Virus record (IMG/VR): IMGVR_UViG_3300036466_000132
DNA: 51,038 bases
Direction: 5' to 3' (one strand)
Source of the DNA: a virus
Shown here: positions 41,119 through 48,639 of the stretch, piece by piece
Layout of the letters: each line of letters starts with the position of its first letter
Position numbering within the stretch: position 1 is the stretch's first letter
Position numbers and translations under genes: made by a program
The notes under the pieces: model-generated
The model's input: the letters and a program-made list of their open reading frames with translations, nothing else
Databases searched by the model: none
Told to the model about the DNA's origin: nothing

Positions 41119-41844
41119 TTATGCAGCCTCCTTAAAAGCGGCCACGGCCTCAGCTGCAAGGTTTTCAATCGTGCCGATGCACGCCTCAGAATCCTCAAGG
41201 GCAGACGCGTATAGCTCAGCAATTCCCGTCGGGCTTAGCTGAGAAAAGGCAATCGCTGCGTTGAGGAAGAAAAGGCTGTAGCCGCGACCGGCCAGGCTGG
41301 TGAAAAGGTCGCCGCCATAACACTCGTCCAGAAACAGCTGCTCTAGTGATTGCGCATGAACTACTGCTACACCCCAATCAGTGCGAGCCTGAATCTTCGA
41401 AGTTGCGCCGACTTGCGCTGATGAAGACTGAATCGCCGATAGCAGGTGCTCCGCCTTCTCGTCTTCTCTCTTTCTGTGAATGGCCAGGGTTTCATCCGTG
41501 GCAGCATCAAAACCTGCAGCCACTGCGTTCGACAAAACATCGAAGTCGACGCCTGAAAACCATTCATTGCCGTGCTTGGGAATGCCTGACATGGCGCAAA
41601 GATTGATCAGGTCCCGCTCGGCGCCTTTGCAGTCAACTAGCAAGGCGGACACGCAGCTCCTCGTCATCACCGCGCCTCTCATGCGCGATGCCGACTGGTG
41701 AGAGACGATCCGATTCTTCGGGGCTCTGCCTCTGCCAACCTTTACCCAGCCATCCGAGAACTCGACCGCATAGACGTGGCCGATGTTTATCGGGGAAACC
41801 TTTGCGCATCCCGAGCTGCGTCTTGCGTCTTTGGAATCATTCAT
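41119..41844 (-). CDS. T5orf172 (GIY-YIG-like) domain protein
   Basis: HVYAVEFSDGWVKVGRGRAPKNRIVSH...NEWF fits the T5orf172/MUG113 pattern. AT-richer insert in the early-right operon. Confidence 0.6.
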   Translation of the reverse strand: MNDSKDARRSSGCAKVSPINIGHVYAVEFSDGWVKVGRGRAPKNRIVSHQSASRMRGAVMTRSCVSALLVDCKGAERDLINLCAMSGIPKHGNEWFSGVDFDVLSNAVAAGFDAATDETLAIHRKREDEKAEHLLSAIQSSSAQVGATSKIQARTDWGVAVVHAQSLEQLFLDECYGGDLFTSLAGRGYSLFFLNAAIAFSQLSPTGIAELYASALEDSEACIGTIENLAAEAVAAFKEAA

Positions 41845-41875
41845 CTAATATTTCCTCAGTTCCTGCTGTTGAAGA

Positions 41876-41901
41876 ACCCGGTCTTTCCCACCGGGTTTTT
41901 T
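41876..41901. terminator. Strong hairpin with its T-tract on the plus strand (tR1-like position; orientation puzzling)
   Basis: ACCCGG, 9 nt, CCGGGT followed by TTTTTT on the plus strand. The minus strand has only UUCUUC after the stem. Confidence 0.5.
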
Positions 41902-41938
41902 ATTGCCTGCCGTTTGGGTTTCAGTCCCTGGTCAGGCC

Positions 41939-42142
41939 CTATTCAGGCTTTCGCCGAAAAGGTCTTACGGTTCCCCGCTTCGCTGATGGCCGGGTGATTC
42001 TGCTAACGGCCTCGTTCAGGTCGCGCTCCACCTCTTGTCCCAGCAGTTCCTCGGGGGTCATTCCTCGTCGTGCAGCTGCCTTACGCAGCATTTCCAGCTC
42101 ATCCCCGTAGAGATAGGCGGGCAGATCTACTTTTTGAGGCAC
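41939..42142 (-). CDS. Ribbon-helix-helix-like small protein
   Basis: VDLPAYLYGDELEMLRKAAARRGMTPEELLGQEVERDL fits a beta-alpha-alpha pattern. Confidence 0.45.
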   Translation of the reverse strand: MPQKVDLPAYLYGDELEMLRKAAARRGMTPEELLGQEVERDLNEAVSRITRPSAKRGTVRPFRRKPE

Positions 42143-42161
42143 AAGCCCCTCCTCGGGGCCT

Positions 42162-42350
42162 TCAGGCCGCGGTTACTTCATCGCTATCCTCGGCAGCCAG
42201 GCGCTCCAAAGCGGCCTCGACCAAATCACGAACCAGCACCGCCTTCTGTGTGCGGTGAAACTGAGCCAATGCGTCGATCAGCTTGTAGGTGGCGTCATCT
42301 ACGCGCAGCTTGATCTCGCGGTCGCGTAGGTGGTTGGGGTCTGCATACAT
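42162..42350 (-). CDS. Ribbon-helix-helix-like small protein
   Basis: REIKLRVDDATYKLIDALAQFHRTQKAVLVRDLVEAAL. Confidence 0.5.
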   Translation of the reverse strand: MYADPNHLRDREIKLRVDDATYKLIDALAQFHRTQKAVLVRDLVEAALERLAAEDSDEVTAA

Positions 42351-42389
42351 GGCAATTTCCTTCTGCGGGGATGAATTGTGAAAAAGGAA

Positions 42390-42602
42390 TCAGGCAGCGG
42401 TCTTGACGCGCTTGAGTCGCGGGCAGAGGTCGACGGCCTTGAACAGCCCGCCAGTGACCTCTTCGGCCTTGAGCGCGGTAATGGCGTGCATTCCACGTTT
42501 CCCAGTGACCCAGCCGGAGACGGTGGTCTGGTCAATACCAAGGGCCTCGCCGGTCTTGACCTGCGTACCGAAGTGCTTGACGAGCTGTTCGTAGATGTTC
42601 AT
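42390..42602 (-). CDS. cro: Cro-like repressor (YdaS/Cro family HTH)
   Basis: MNIYEQLVKHFGTQVKTGEALGIDQTTVSGWVTGKRGMHAITALKAEEVTGG. Divergent from cI. Confidence 0.75.
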   Translation of the reverse strand: MNIYEQLVKHFGTQVKTGEALGIDQTTVSGWVTGKRGMHAITALKAEEVTGGLFKAVDLCPRLKRVKTAA

Positions 42603-42689
42603 GTGGCGCCCTTTTACGATTCTCGCCATATCTTAGGTTATGGCGAGAACCCTTTGCAAGCCTATGGCAAGAATCCTGATCATTTACCC
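42603..42689. promoter_or_regulatory. OR-like switch region: operators plus divergent PR/PRM candidates
   Basis: 30-bp palindrome TTCTCGCCATA-N8-TATGGCGAGAA (42620-42649) and a third half-site TATGGCAAGAA (42663-42673). The palindromic TTGCAA (42654-42659) could serve as -35 in both directions. Candidate -10 elements are TAAGAT on the minus strand (42630-42635) and GATCAT on the plus strand (42678-42683). Confidence 0.6.
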
Positions 42690-43388
42690 ATGAACAGCAT
42701 CGGCCAACGCGTCAAAGCAGCCCGGAAATACGCCGGCCTGACACAAGTCCAGCTCGCTGAAAAGGCGCAGATGGACCAGACCACAATCTCAAAGCTTGAG
42801 AAGGGTCATAACGCCAAGTCCGCCTTCTGCGTGCGGATCGCAGTTGCGTGCGGCGTTAGCCCGGTATGGGTTGAAACTGGACAAGGCGACATGCTGCCTA
42901 AAGAATCGAGCTCCCCCACCGATAATGGGGAGAATGTAGAACCACTCCGGGTCCATGACGCATCCGTTATTTCGTTCAGCGACTTCCATAGAGTGCCGCT
43001 GATCAGCTGGGTAGCTGCGGGATCGTGGAGTGAGGCTATCGACCTTTACGAAGTAGGCGATGCTGAGGTTTGGATGCCCTGCCCTGATCCGATTGGCCCG
43101 CGCGGCTTTGCACTGCGCGTTGAGGGGGACTCGATGACGAGCCCCTACCCTGGTTCCGAAAGCTATCCGCACGGGACGTTTATCTACGTCGACCCAGACG
43201 TAGCCCACAAATCCGGCGATCCAGTGATTGCCAAGCTGCCGTCCAGCAACTCAGCGACGTTCAAGATATTCATCGAGGACGCAGGGAAGTTCTATCTGAA
43301 GCCGCTGAACCCTCAGATGCCCATCATCCCCATCACCGAAGAGACGCACATCGTGGCGGTTCTCGTTGGCGCCTACAAACGCCGCTGA
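42690..43388 (+). CDS. cI: CI-type repressor (HTH_XRE plus LexA/S24 autopeptidase domain)
   Basis: IGQRVKAARKYAGLTQVQLAEKAQMDQTTISKLEKG, then the S24 domain ...FALRVEGDSM...VIAKL.... There is no SD before ATG 42690. Confidence 0.9.
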   Translation: MNSIGQRVKAARKYAGLTQVQLAEKAQMDQTTISKLEKGHNAKSAFCVRIAVACGVSPVWVETGQGDMLPKESSSPTDNGENVEPLRVHDASVISFSDFHRVPLISWVAAGSWSEAIDLYEVGDAEVWMPCPDPIGPRGFALRVEGDSMTSPYPGSESYPHGTFIYVDPDVAHKSGDPVIAKLPSSNSATFKIFIEDAGKFYLKPLNPQMPIIPITEETHIVAVLVGAYKRR

Positions 43389-43423
43389 TCCTGTCCAGCC
43401 CGCCTCTGGCCCGAAAGGGCCTG

Positions 43424-43473
43424 TAGAGGGAATCAGGAATCAGGAATCAATGAAGAGGGAATCAGGAATCAGC
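43424..43473. repeat. Iteron-like array of AATCAGG heptamers (3 plus 2 copies within two 18-bp AGAGGGAATCAGGAATCA units)
   Basis: Units at 43431, 43438, 43445, 43460 and 43467. The larger repeat occurs at 43424-43441 and 43454-43471. Confidence 0.7.
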
Positions 43474-43475
43474 CC

Positions 43476-43549
43476 GAGCGCTACCGAATAAATCGGGAGT
43501 AGTACCGATTTTATCGGGCTTTTTCTGGAGCGCTACCGAATAACTCGGT
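43476..43549. repeat. Two 16-bp direct repeats GAGCGCTACCGAATAA plus three TACCGA-N5-TCGG palindromes
   Basis: Direct repeats at 43476 and 43528. Palindromes at 43482, 43503 and 43534. The middle one is followed by GCTTTTT. Confidence 0.65.
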
Positions 43550-43552
43550 ATT

Positions 43553-43780
43553 TCAACCACTTAGCAGTGGTGATCCCTCGTCTCTGCCAGAGCCTCTGTA
43601 GTCGCGCCTGTAGCGTGCGAACTCTTTCCGCATCACCTTGCGCGCCTTTTCTGCGCCGACCTCCTCAATCAGCAGCCTGACGCTCACAGCCGCCATCTGA
43701 TCAGCTGTTGTAGGTGTCACATCTAGCCGCTCACCCTGCCAGGTCGCCTTGACCGAGGCCGCGATAAACACCCTTGCCAT
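43553..43780 (-). CDS. Hypothetical protein convergent with cI
   Basis: 75 aa from ATG 43780, preceded by a GGAGGTG SD. No recognisable family. Confidence 0.5.
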   Translation of the reverse strand: MARVFIAASVKATWQGERLDVTPTTADQMAAVSVRLLIEEVGAEKARKVMRKEFARYRRDYRGSGRDEGSPLLSG

Positions 43781-43872
43781 GTGATCCACCTCCAAGATTT
43801 CGGATATTCAATTCACCTTTCGTCGCCTGACGACCGGGAAGATTCCGCCCAAAAAACCGATATGAGCAAAAA

Positions 43873-43915
43873 TATGGCGATGACCATTGACAGTGAATAT
43901 GGCTTGCGTCATATT
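43873..43915 (+). promoter_or_regulatory. PL-like early-left promoter with CI-operator-like half-sites
   Basis: TTGACA (43887-43892), 17 nt, CATATT (43910-43915). TATGGCGATGA at 43873 and TATGGCTTGCG at 43898 share the TATGGC core with the OR sites. Confidence 0.5.
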
Positions 43916-44266
43916 TGCTCCAACGAAGCGAAACACGCTTCAGGGCCTCAAGAGGCCTCGGGTGATCCCGGAACGCTCTTTACACAACTTGGGAACATCG
44001 CGGCGGGGTCTGCTTCGGCATACAGCGCGATCAACAAATTCCCCGCTCCATGCCAGCTCTGGAACTGGCCGTGGCTCCACATGCAGCCACGCGAAGTTGC
44101 GCAACCGCCTCTCTGGAATACGCCAGTAGCTGACCAGGGCCTGAGACGACTCGGCATAGCGCGCAACGGAGAACGAACTGTCAAGGAATCCTTGGTAGTT
44201 CAAACGGAACATTCACTTCTGGCCATTCGCAAGAGTGGCCAGCGGGAAGACAACCGGAGAACGGAT

Positions 44267-44542
44267 ATGACTGATTTTGGCGTAAGCGAACAAACCGTAA
44301 ACGATGCGGCTGAATCGTGTGCACGCCGCCTGGCCAAGTGGTTCGGCGGCGCTGAGGAAGCTGCCGCAGCGATGGAAGCCGACCCGATAGCGATGATGGA
44401 GATCGCCCTGGCTGACTTCATGAAGGAACGCCAGGCGCTGACGCTGAAGGTTCACATGAACCCTAGGCCATTTACCAGGCTGTGTGCAGAGCTGCTCCAG
44501 GCTGGCGGGAAGCTACCAAACTTGCATGAGGCCGCCCAATGA
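44267..44542 (+). CDS. Hypothetical early-left protein (first convincing ORF after PL)
   Basis: GGAGA SD 7 nt before ATG 44267. This is the C-terminal 91 aa of the 253-aa track ORF, whose 5' part spans the promoter. Confidence 0.45.
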   Translation: MTDFGVSEQTVNDAAESCARRLAKWFGGAEEAAAAMEADPIAMMEIALADFMKERQALTLKVHMNPRPFTRLCAELLQAGGKLPNLHEAAQ

Positions 44543-44673
44543 AGCCCACCAAGCAACCCGCGCCACCCCGCCCCGCCCTATCGCTAGTACCCAAGGACAG
44601 GGGCACAGAGCAGTTCCCGTATGGAAGGCAGGCGGTAGGCCGGAAGGTCGTGCCTTTCACGGTAGGCCGCTGA
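44539..44673 (+). CDS. Possible small protein (44 aa)
   Basis: ATGA overlap with the upstream stop. MKPTKQPAPPRPALSLVPKDRGTEQFPYGRQAVGRKVVPFTVGR. Confidence 0.25.
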   Translation: MKPTKQPAPPRPALSLVPKDRGTEQFPYGRQAVGRKVVPFTVGR

Positions 44674-44674
44674 T

Positions 44675-44782
44675 ATGCCCGCCACAGCAGAGCTTTTGAT
44701 TATGGCAGCCGTTCTATTAGCCACCCAGGCTTATGAGGTGTGGCTGGAGAGGCAGAACAAACAACCGAGGACAACGGAATGA
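44675..44782 (+). CDS. Possible small membrane peptide (35 aa)
   Basis: Its stop overlaps the next ATG (ATGA). Hydrophobic core LLIMAAVLLA. Confidence 0.25.
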   Translation: MPATAELLIMAAVLLATQAYEVWLERQNKQPRTTE

Positions 44783-45114
44783 ACAAGCAAGAGTTCATTG
44801 ACCAAGAGGTCGCAAAGAATCGCGAGGCTTTCGGGCGCTGGGGCTCAACTCAGCGCGTCAACTCTGCTGACCCAGTGAAGCTGATTACACAGCCCTCTCC
44901 GAAGAATGAGCACGAAGCGTTACAGCACGGTAACGCACTCGCCAGCACCGGCAACTACCCAGCTGGCACAAGCGGATGCTTCAACGTCGGCATATCGGGC
45001 GGGTGCGGCCTAGAGTGCTACGTCTACCTGTCAGGCCAGTGCGGAGAACCGCAGGAGATGGTTCCTCACCTCAACGAGGAAGAGCTTAAGGCTCACAACG
45101 AACTTTACAGCTAA
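44779..45114 (+). CDS. Hypothetical Cys-rich protein
   Basis: 111 aa from ATG 44779. Contains GCFNVGISGGCGLECYVYLSGQCGEP. Confidence 0.55.
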   Translation: MNKQEFIDQEVAKNREAFGRWGSTQRVNSADPVKLITQPSPKNEHEALQHGNALASTGNYPAGTSGCFNVGISGGCGLECYVYLSGQCGEPQEMVPHLNEEELKAHNELYS

Positions 45115-45152
45115 CCGCCCCATGGGCACCCATCAGCACATAGGAGGATGAG

Positions 45153-45356
45153 ATGAGCGAATGGATAAGCGTTGAGACTCAGATGTCACCAAATGGCGAA
45201 GCTGTGCTGGTGTGGTGCGCTGGCAGTGAATGCCCAGGAGTGGCCTGGTGGCGAGGAACGGCTCGCGGCTGGATTATCCCTGAGCCGCAAGCAATAGGCG
45301 CCGAAAGCATCACGCACTGGATGCAGCTCCCCGCGCCCCCGAGCGCCCCATGCTAA
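45153..45356 (+). CDS. DUF551-domain protein
   Basis: WISVETQMSPNGEAVLVW...ITHWMQLPAPP matches the DUF551 pattern (...THWMPLPxPP). Confidence 0.7.
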   Translation: MSEWISVETQMSPNGEAVLVWCAGSECPGVAWWRGTARGWIIPEPQAIGAESITHWMQLPAPPSAPC

Positions 45357-45438
45357 CCCTACCCCAAACCCTCCTCCTCATCTGCGTACTAGCTGCGCTG
45401 TGGGGGTGGGAGTGGTGGAGAGAGAAAGGAGAGAAGTG

Positions 45439-45645
45439 ATGACGACTGAAACAGGCGGGCCGGCGTTTCCTCTTGGCAACACGCCCGAAGAATGGATGAA
45501 CGGCATGACCCTTCGCGATTACTTCGCGGCTAAGGCGATGCAGGGGTGGACAGCGAACCCGCTGCCTAATGATTCGTCGATTCAAGACGTCGCCGCATGG
45601 GCGTATCGCCAGGCCGACGCAATGCTCGCAGCCCGCACCAAATAA
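45439..45645 (+). CDS. Hypothetical protein
   Basis: AAGGAGAG SD before ATG 45439. 68 aa. Confidence 0.55.
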   Translation: MTTETGGPAFPLGNTPEEWMNGMTLRDYFAAKAMQGWTANPLPNDSSIQDVAAWAYRQADAMLAARTK

Positions 45646-45756
45646 CCCCCTCCTGAGCCAGCCAGACCAGACCCTAACGGGCCTGTAATAACCGAGGGCG
45701 CCCGGTGCTGGTAGCGCCATGAATTCAGATAGCGCCACTGGCGCAAGGAGATCGAA

Positions 45757-46065
45757 ATGACGATTCAAGCAGCGCCGGTACAGCGCGACGAATGCGGCCA
45801 GTGGACTCATCCAGACTTCCCCGACTGGGATGAAGGCGCAACACGCGAAGAGATACGGGCATGGTTCGCTGATAACAACCTCGTATTCCAGATCAATGAA
45901 ATGGAATACGAAGTCGACACGGACGCAGACCCCTACTTCATCGACGGCTGCGGCAGCTTCTTGCACTGGGAGCCAGCGAAGCCGGTAGGTGAAGGCTGGT
46001 TCGCCCTATCCATGCACGAAACCGAATGCGGTCCTGTCTGCATCTGGGCCAAGAGCATTCAGTAA
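45757..46065 (+). CDS. Hypothetical protein
   Basis: 102-aa ORF with an AAGGAG SD. Confidence 0.55.
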   Translation: MTIQAAPVQRDECGQWTHPDFPDWDEGATREEIRAWFADNNLVFQINEMEYEVDTDADPYFIDGCGSFLHWEPAKPVGEGWFALSMHETECGPVCIWAKSIQ

Positions 46066-46181
46066 CGACCATCAGCTGGAGCCGATCCGGCGTCACGGAA
46101 GACAACTCCTGCCTAGCGCCTGCCGGGAATCGGTAGCAGGCATTCATTCCATCGCCCATCCGGGCAACCGAGGTATCCACC

Positions 46182-46397
46182 ATGAAGCACTACGGACCCA
46201 CAGGGCGCCGCGAACAGCCGTGCCCGGATGACAGCGTTTCCGAGGCAGACGTGATCCACGAAGCGCTGATGGAGCACGACGAAGCAACAGTCTCCGCCTT
46301 CATCGACTACTGCGATGACCGGATAGACGCATTCCTCGAACACGAGGCCAACCGGCGCCGCGAACACGCCGACGAGATTAAGCGGGAGGCAGCATGA
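46182..46397 (+). CDS. Hypothetical protein
   Basis: 71-aa ORF overlapping the next start. Confidence 0.5.
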   Translation: MKHYGPTGRREQPCPDDSVSEADVIHEALMEHDEATVSAFIDYCDDRIDAFLEHEANRRREHADEIKREAA

Positions 46398-46672
46398 AGA
46401 CCGACATCCAGAAAGCCGTATTCGACCTGTTCTGCATCTGCCACGACGTGACGCAGGCCGGGCAATACGAAGCGTATCTCTCCTACGCCGGCAACACGAA
46501 CGGCATATACGCCCGGGTCTATGACAGGGCAGAGGATCAGACGGTGTTCAATCAACACTGCTACATCAGCGGGCTGACCGGCGAAGGCGACCCGGACCTG
46601 CTCGACAAGCTCCGCGCCCTATCCGATCGGGTCAGCGAGTTCCTGCTACCAGCACAGGAGGAGGCGGCATGA
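46394..46672 (+). CDS. Hypothetical protein
   Basis: 92-aa ORF with ATGA overlaps at both ends. Confidence 0.55.
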   Translation: MKTDIQKAVFDLFCICHDVTQAGQYEAYLSYAGNTNGIYARVYDRAEDQTVFNQHCYISGLTGEGDPDLLDKLRALSDRVSEFLLPAQEEAA

Positions 46673-47079
46673 GCAAGGAAGTGAAGCGCTACGAGCTGCG
46701 CATCGTTGACCGGTACGCCGGCGACGGAACTGGCGATATCGAAACGGACGCCAGAATGAAGCAGGAAGCCAAAGGGCGCTACGTGCTGTTCAGCGACTAC
46801 GACGCCCTTCTCGCTGAGCGGGATGCAGCTCGGATGCGGGTCAAGGAGCTTGATCTGCTGTTCGGTCGCTACCTGCTAGCCATGAAAGCCGCCGTGATCG
46901 ACGCAGACCAGCGCGGCGACGAAGAGGGCATGCGGTGGATATACAACAGCCTGGAAGGCCCCGGCGAGCTTCCCGCAGAGGACGAGATCGACGCACAAGC
47001 GTTCTTCGACCGTGAAATCAAGCCGATCAACGAGGCGATGGCCGAACTGCTCGCCGCCCTGCAAGGAGATCAGCCATGA
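46669..47079 (+). CDS. Hypothetical protein
   Basis: 136-aa ORF, translationally coupled to its neighbours. Confidence 0.55.
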   Translation: MSKEVKRYELRIVDRYAGDGTGDIETDARMKQEAKGRYVLFSDYDALLAERDAARMRVKELDLLFGRYLLAMKAAVIDADQRGDEEGMRWIYNSLEGPGELPAEDEIDAQAFFDREIKPINEAMAELLAALQGDQP

Positions 47080-47180
47080 CCGCCTACGTCCTCAAGGAGC
47101 TGGCCGGCGCCCTAGGCATCACTGTAGCCGGATCGCTTATCGGAACTCTCGCCTACGTTGCGCTATTGGGGGGTGTGTGA
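47076..47180 (+). CDS. Possible small membrane peptide (34 aa)
   Basis: AAGGAG SD 7 nt upstream. Overlaps both neighbours. MTAYVLKELAGALGITVAGSLIGTLAYVALLGGV. Confidence 0.3.
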   Translation: MTAYVLKELAGALGITVAGSLIGTLAYVALLGGV

Positions 47181-47521
47181 TGGATGACCGCGAACTGTTG
47201 GAGCTTTCGGCAAAAGCGGCTGCGATTGGCGGCGGCTGGGGCGACAAGATCGAATACCACAACGGTGCCGTTGATTTGCGCGACGTGTGGATTCTTGAAG
47301 GTGACGACTTTGTGCCATGGAATCCGCTCACCGACGACGGCGATGCGCTGCGGCTGGCTGCCGGTCTATGTCTGAATGTTCTGTCTTCAGAGGCTTGCGT
47401 TGTTGTAGAAGACGAAAAAGGCGTCGAGTGCATAGAGTATTTCTACGGGCCTGAGGACTACACGTCAGGCTGGCGCCGCGCCATCGTACGCGCTGCGGCA
47501 GCGATCGGGAGGGCCATGTGA
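47180..47521 (+). CDS. DUF2591-like phage protein
   Basis: MDDRELLELSAKAAAIGGGWG...WNPLTDDGDALRLAAGL pattern. ATG 47180 is preferred over the track start at 47012. Confidence 0.55.
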   Translation: MDDRELLELSAKAAAIGGGWGDKIEYHNGAVDLRDVWILEGDDFVPWNPLTDDGDALRLAAGLCLNVLSSEACVVVEDEKGVECIEYFYGPEDYTSGWRRAIVRAAAAIGRAM

Positions 47522-47640
47522 TGGCTAGCCAAAGACAACGAGCCCTTCGCTACGCATGGTGGCGGGGCTTCGCTATCGCCCTGCTCGTTTTCACAGGATG
47601 GATATACGTCAGCGCGCTGGCGGGGAGGGTTACGGGATGA
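47521..47640 (+). CDS. Possible small membrane peptide (39 aa)
   Basis: TGATG and ATGA overlaps. MASQRQRALRYAWWRGFAIALLVFTGWIYVSALAGRVTG. Confidence 0.3.
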   Translation: MASQRQRALRYAWWRGFAIALLVFTGWIYVSALAGRVTG

Positions 47641-48146
47641 AAGAGATCGACTGGAGCAAGGCGCCAACGGATGCGACCCATTACAACCAATTCGCTTGCC
47701 ACTGGATCAAGCATTTAGGCAACGGCAGCTATCAGTTTCTGAAAGGCGACGAATGGGAAATGGGTTTCGGCTGCATGGACAGCCGCTACATCGAGCGGCC
47801 AGAGCCGGAAGCATGGTCAGGCGAAGGCCTTCCTCCGGCGGGGACGGTGTGTCAGCTGCGCACGGTGCGCGACCCTGATGCGATATTCGATGGCTGGGGA
47901 AAGGCCGAGATAATGTATTCGAGCAAAAGCGCATTGGTTTGGCGATGGCAGGGCCATACGAGTGAATTCGGCGCTGAATGGTCGGACGTTGAATTTAGGC
48001 CAATCCGCACGCCTGAGCAGGTCGCGGCGGAAGAGCGGGATGAAGCAATTCAGGAGATGCTTTATCTGTGGAAGGATTCAGCAGGACCTGGAAGTTTTTG
48101 CGCCTATCTCTATGACGCCGGCTGGAGGCGAATGGATGAACGCTAA
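47637..48146 (+). CDS. Hypothetical protein
   Basis: 169 aa from ATG 47637. Confidence 0.55.
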   Translation: MKEIDWSKAPTDATHYNQFACHWIKHLGNGSYQFLKGDEWEMGFGCMDSRYIERPEPEAWSGEGLPPAGTVCQLRTVRDPDAIFDGWGKAEIMYSSKSALVWRWQGHTSEFGAEWSDVEFRPIRTPEQVAAEERDEAIQEMLYLWKDSAGPGSFCAYLYDAGWRRMDER

Positions 48147-48639
48147 ACGACTTCGTGAGCTTCTGATCTACGACCCATTAACCGGAAGCTTCACACACCG
48201 AACTACTCGCGGACCCTGCAAAGAGGGTTCATTAGCAGGCTGCCTGAATGCCCTTGGCTATATAAGAATCTGCGTAGATTACGTTGACTACGCCGCCCAT
48301 AGGCTGGTGTGGCTCTATCAGTTCGGCTCATTCCCAAGCAGCCAAATTGACCACATCAACGGAAATCGGGCTGACAACCGTCTCTGCAACTTGCGACTTG
48401 CCGATAACTCGCAGAATAACCAGAACAGGCCGCTACAGCGAAACAGTACATCTGGGTTCAAAGGGGTAAGTCTGCACAAGCAATCTGGGCGCTGGTTTGC
48501 GTATGCGACCAAGAATGGAAGACGAGTCAGCGGCGGGTATCACGAGTCGGCCGAACAAGCGTTCGCAGCAGCAACAGCTCTCCGCACGCAACTGCACGGG
48601 GAGTATGCAAAGCACGACTACCGCAAGGTGACGCCATGA
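48136..48639 (+). CDS. HNH endonuclease with AP2 domain (paralog of 3276-3776)
   Basis: HRLVWLYQFGSFPSSQIDHINGNRADNRLCNLRLADNSQN, then SGFKGVSLHKQSGRWFAYATKNGRRVSGGYHESAEQA (AP2). Confidence 0.8.
   Translation: MNAKRLRELLIYDPLTGSFTHRTTRGPCKEGSLAGCLNALGYIRICVDYVDYAAHRLVWLYQFGSFPSSQIDHINGNRADNRLCNLRLADNSQNNQNRPLQRNSTSGFKGVSLHKQSGRWFAYATKNGRRVSGGYHESAEQAFAAATALRTQLHGEYAKHDYRKVTP

Noticed and set aside
43424-43552. The repeat cluster as a CRISPR array.
   Set aside because: The units are only 7-18 bp long, there are no spacers of regular size, and only 2-5 copies are present. There are no cas genes in the window.
43781-44266. The 5' two-thirds of the 253-aa ORF 43781-44542 as coding sequence.
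   Set aside because: The ORF would begin upstream of, and run through, a near-consensus promoter and operator-like sites. No SD precedes any of the early Met codons. Only the part from ATG 44267 (GGAGA SD) is called, and the ambiguity is reported as a finding.
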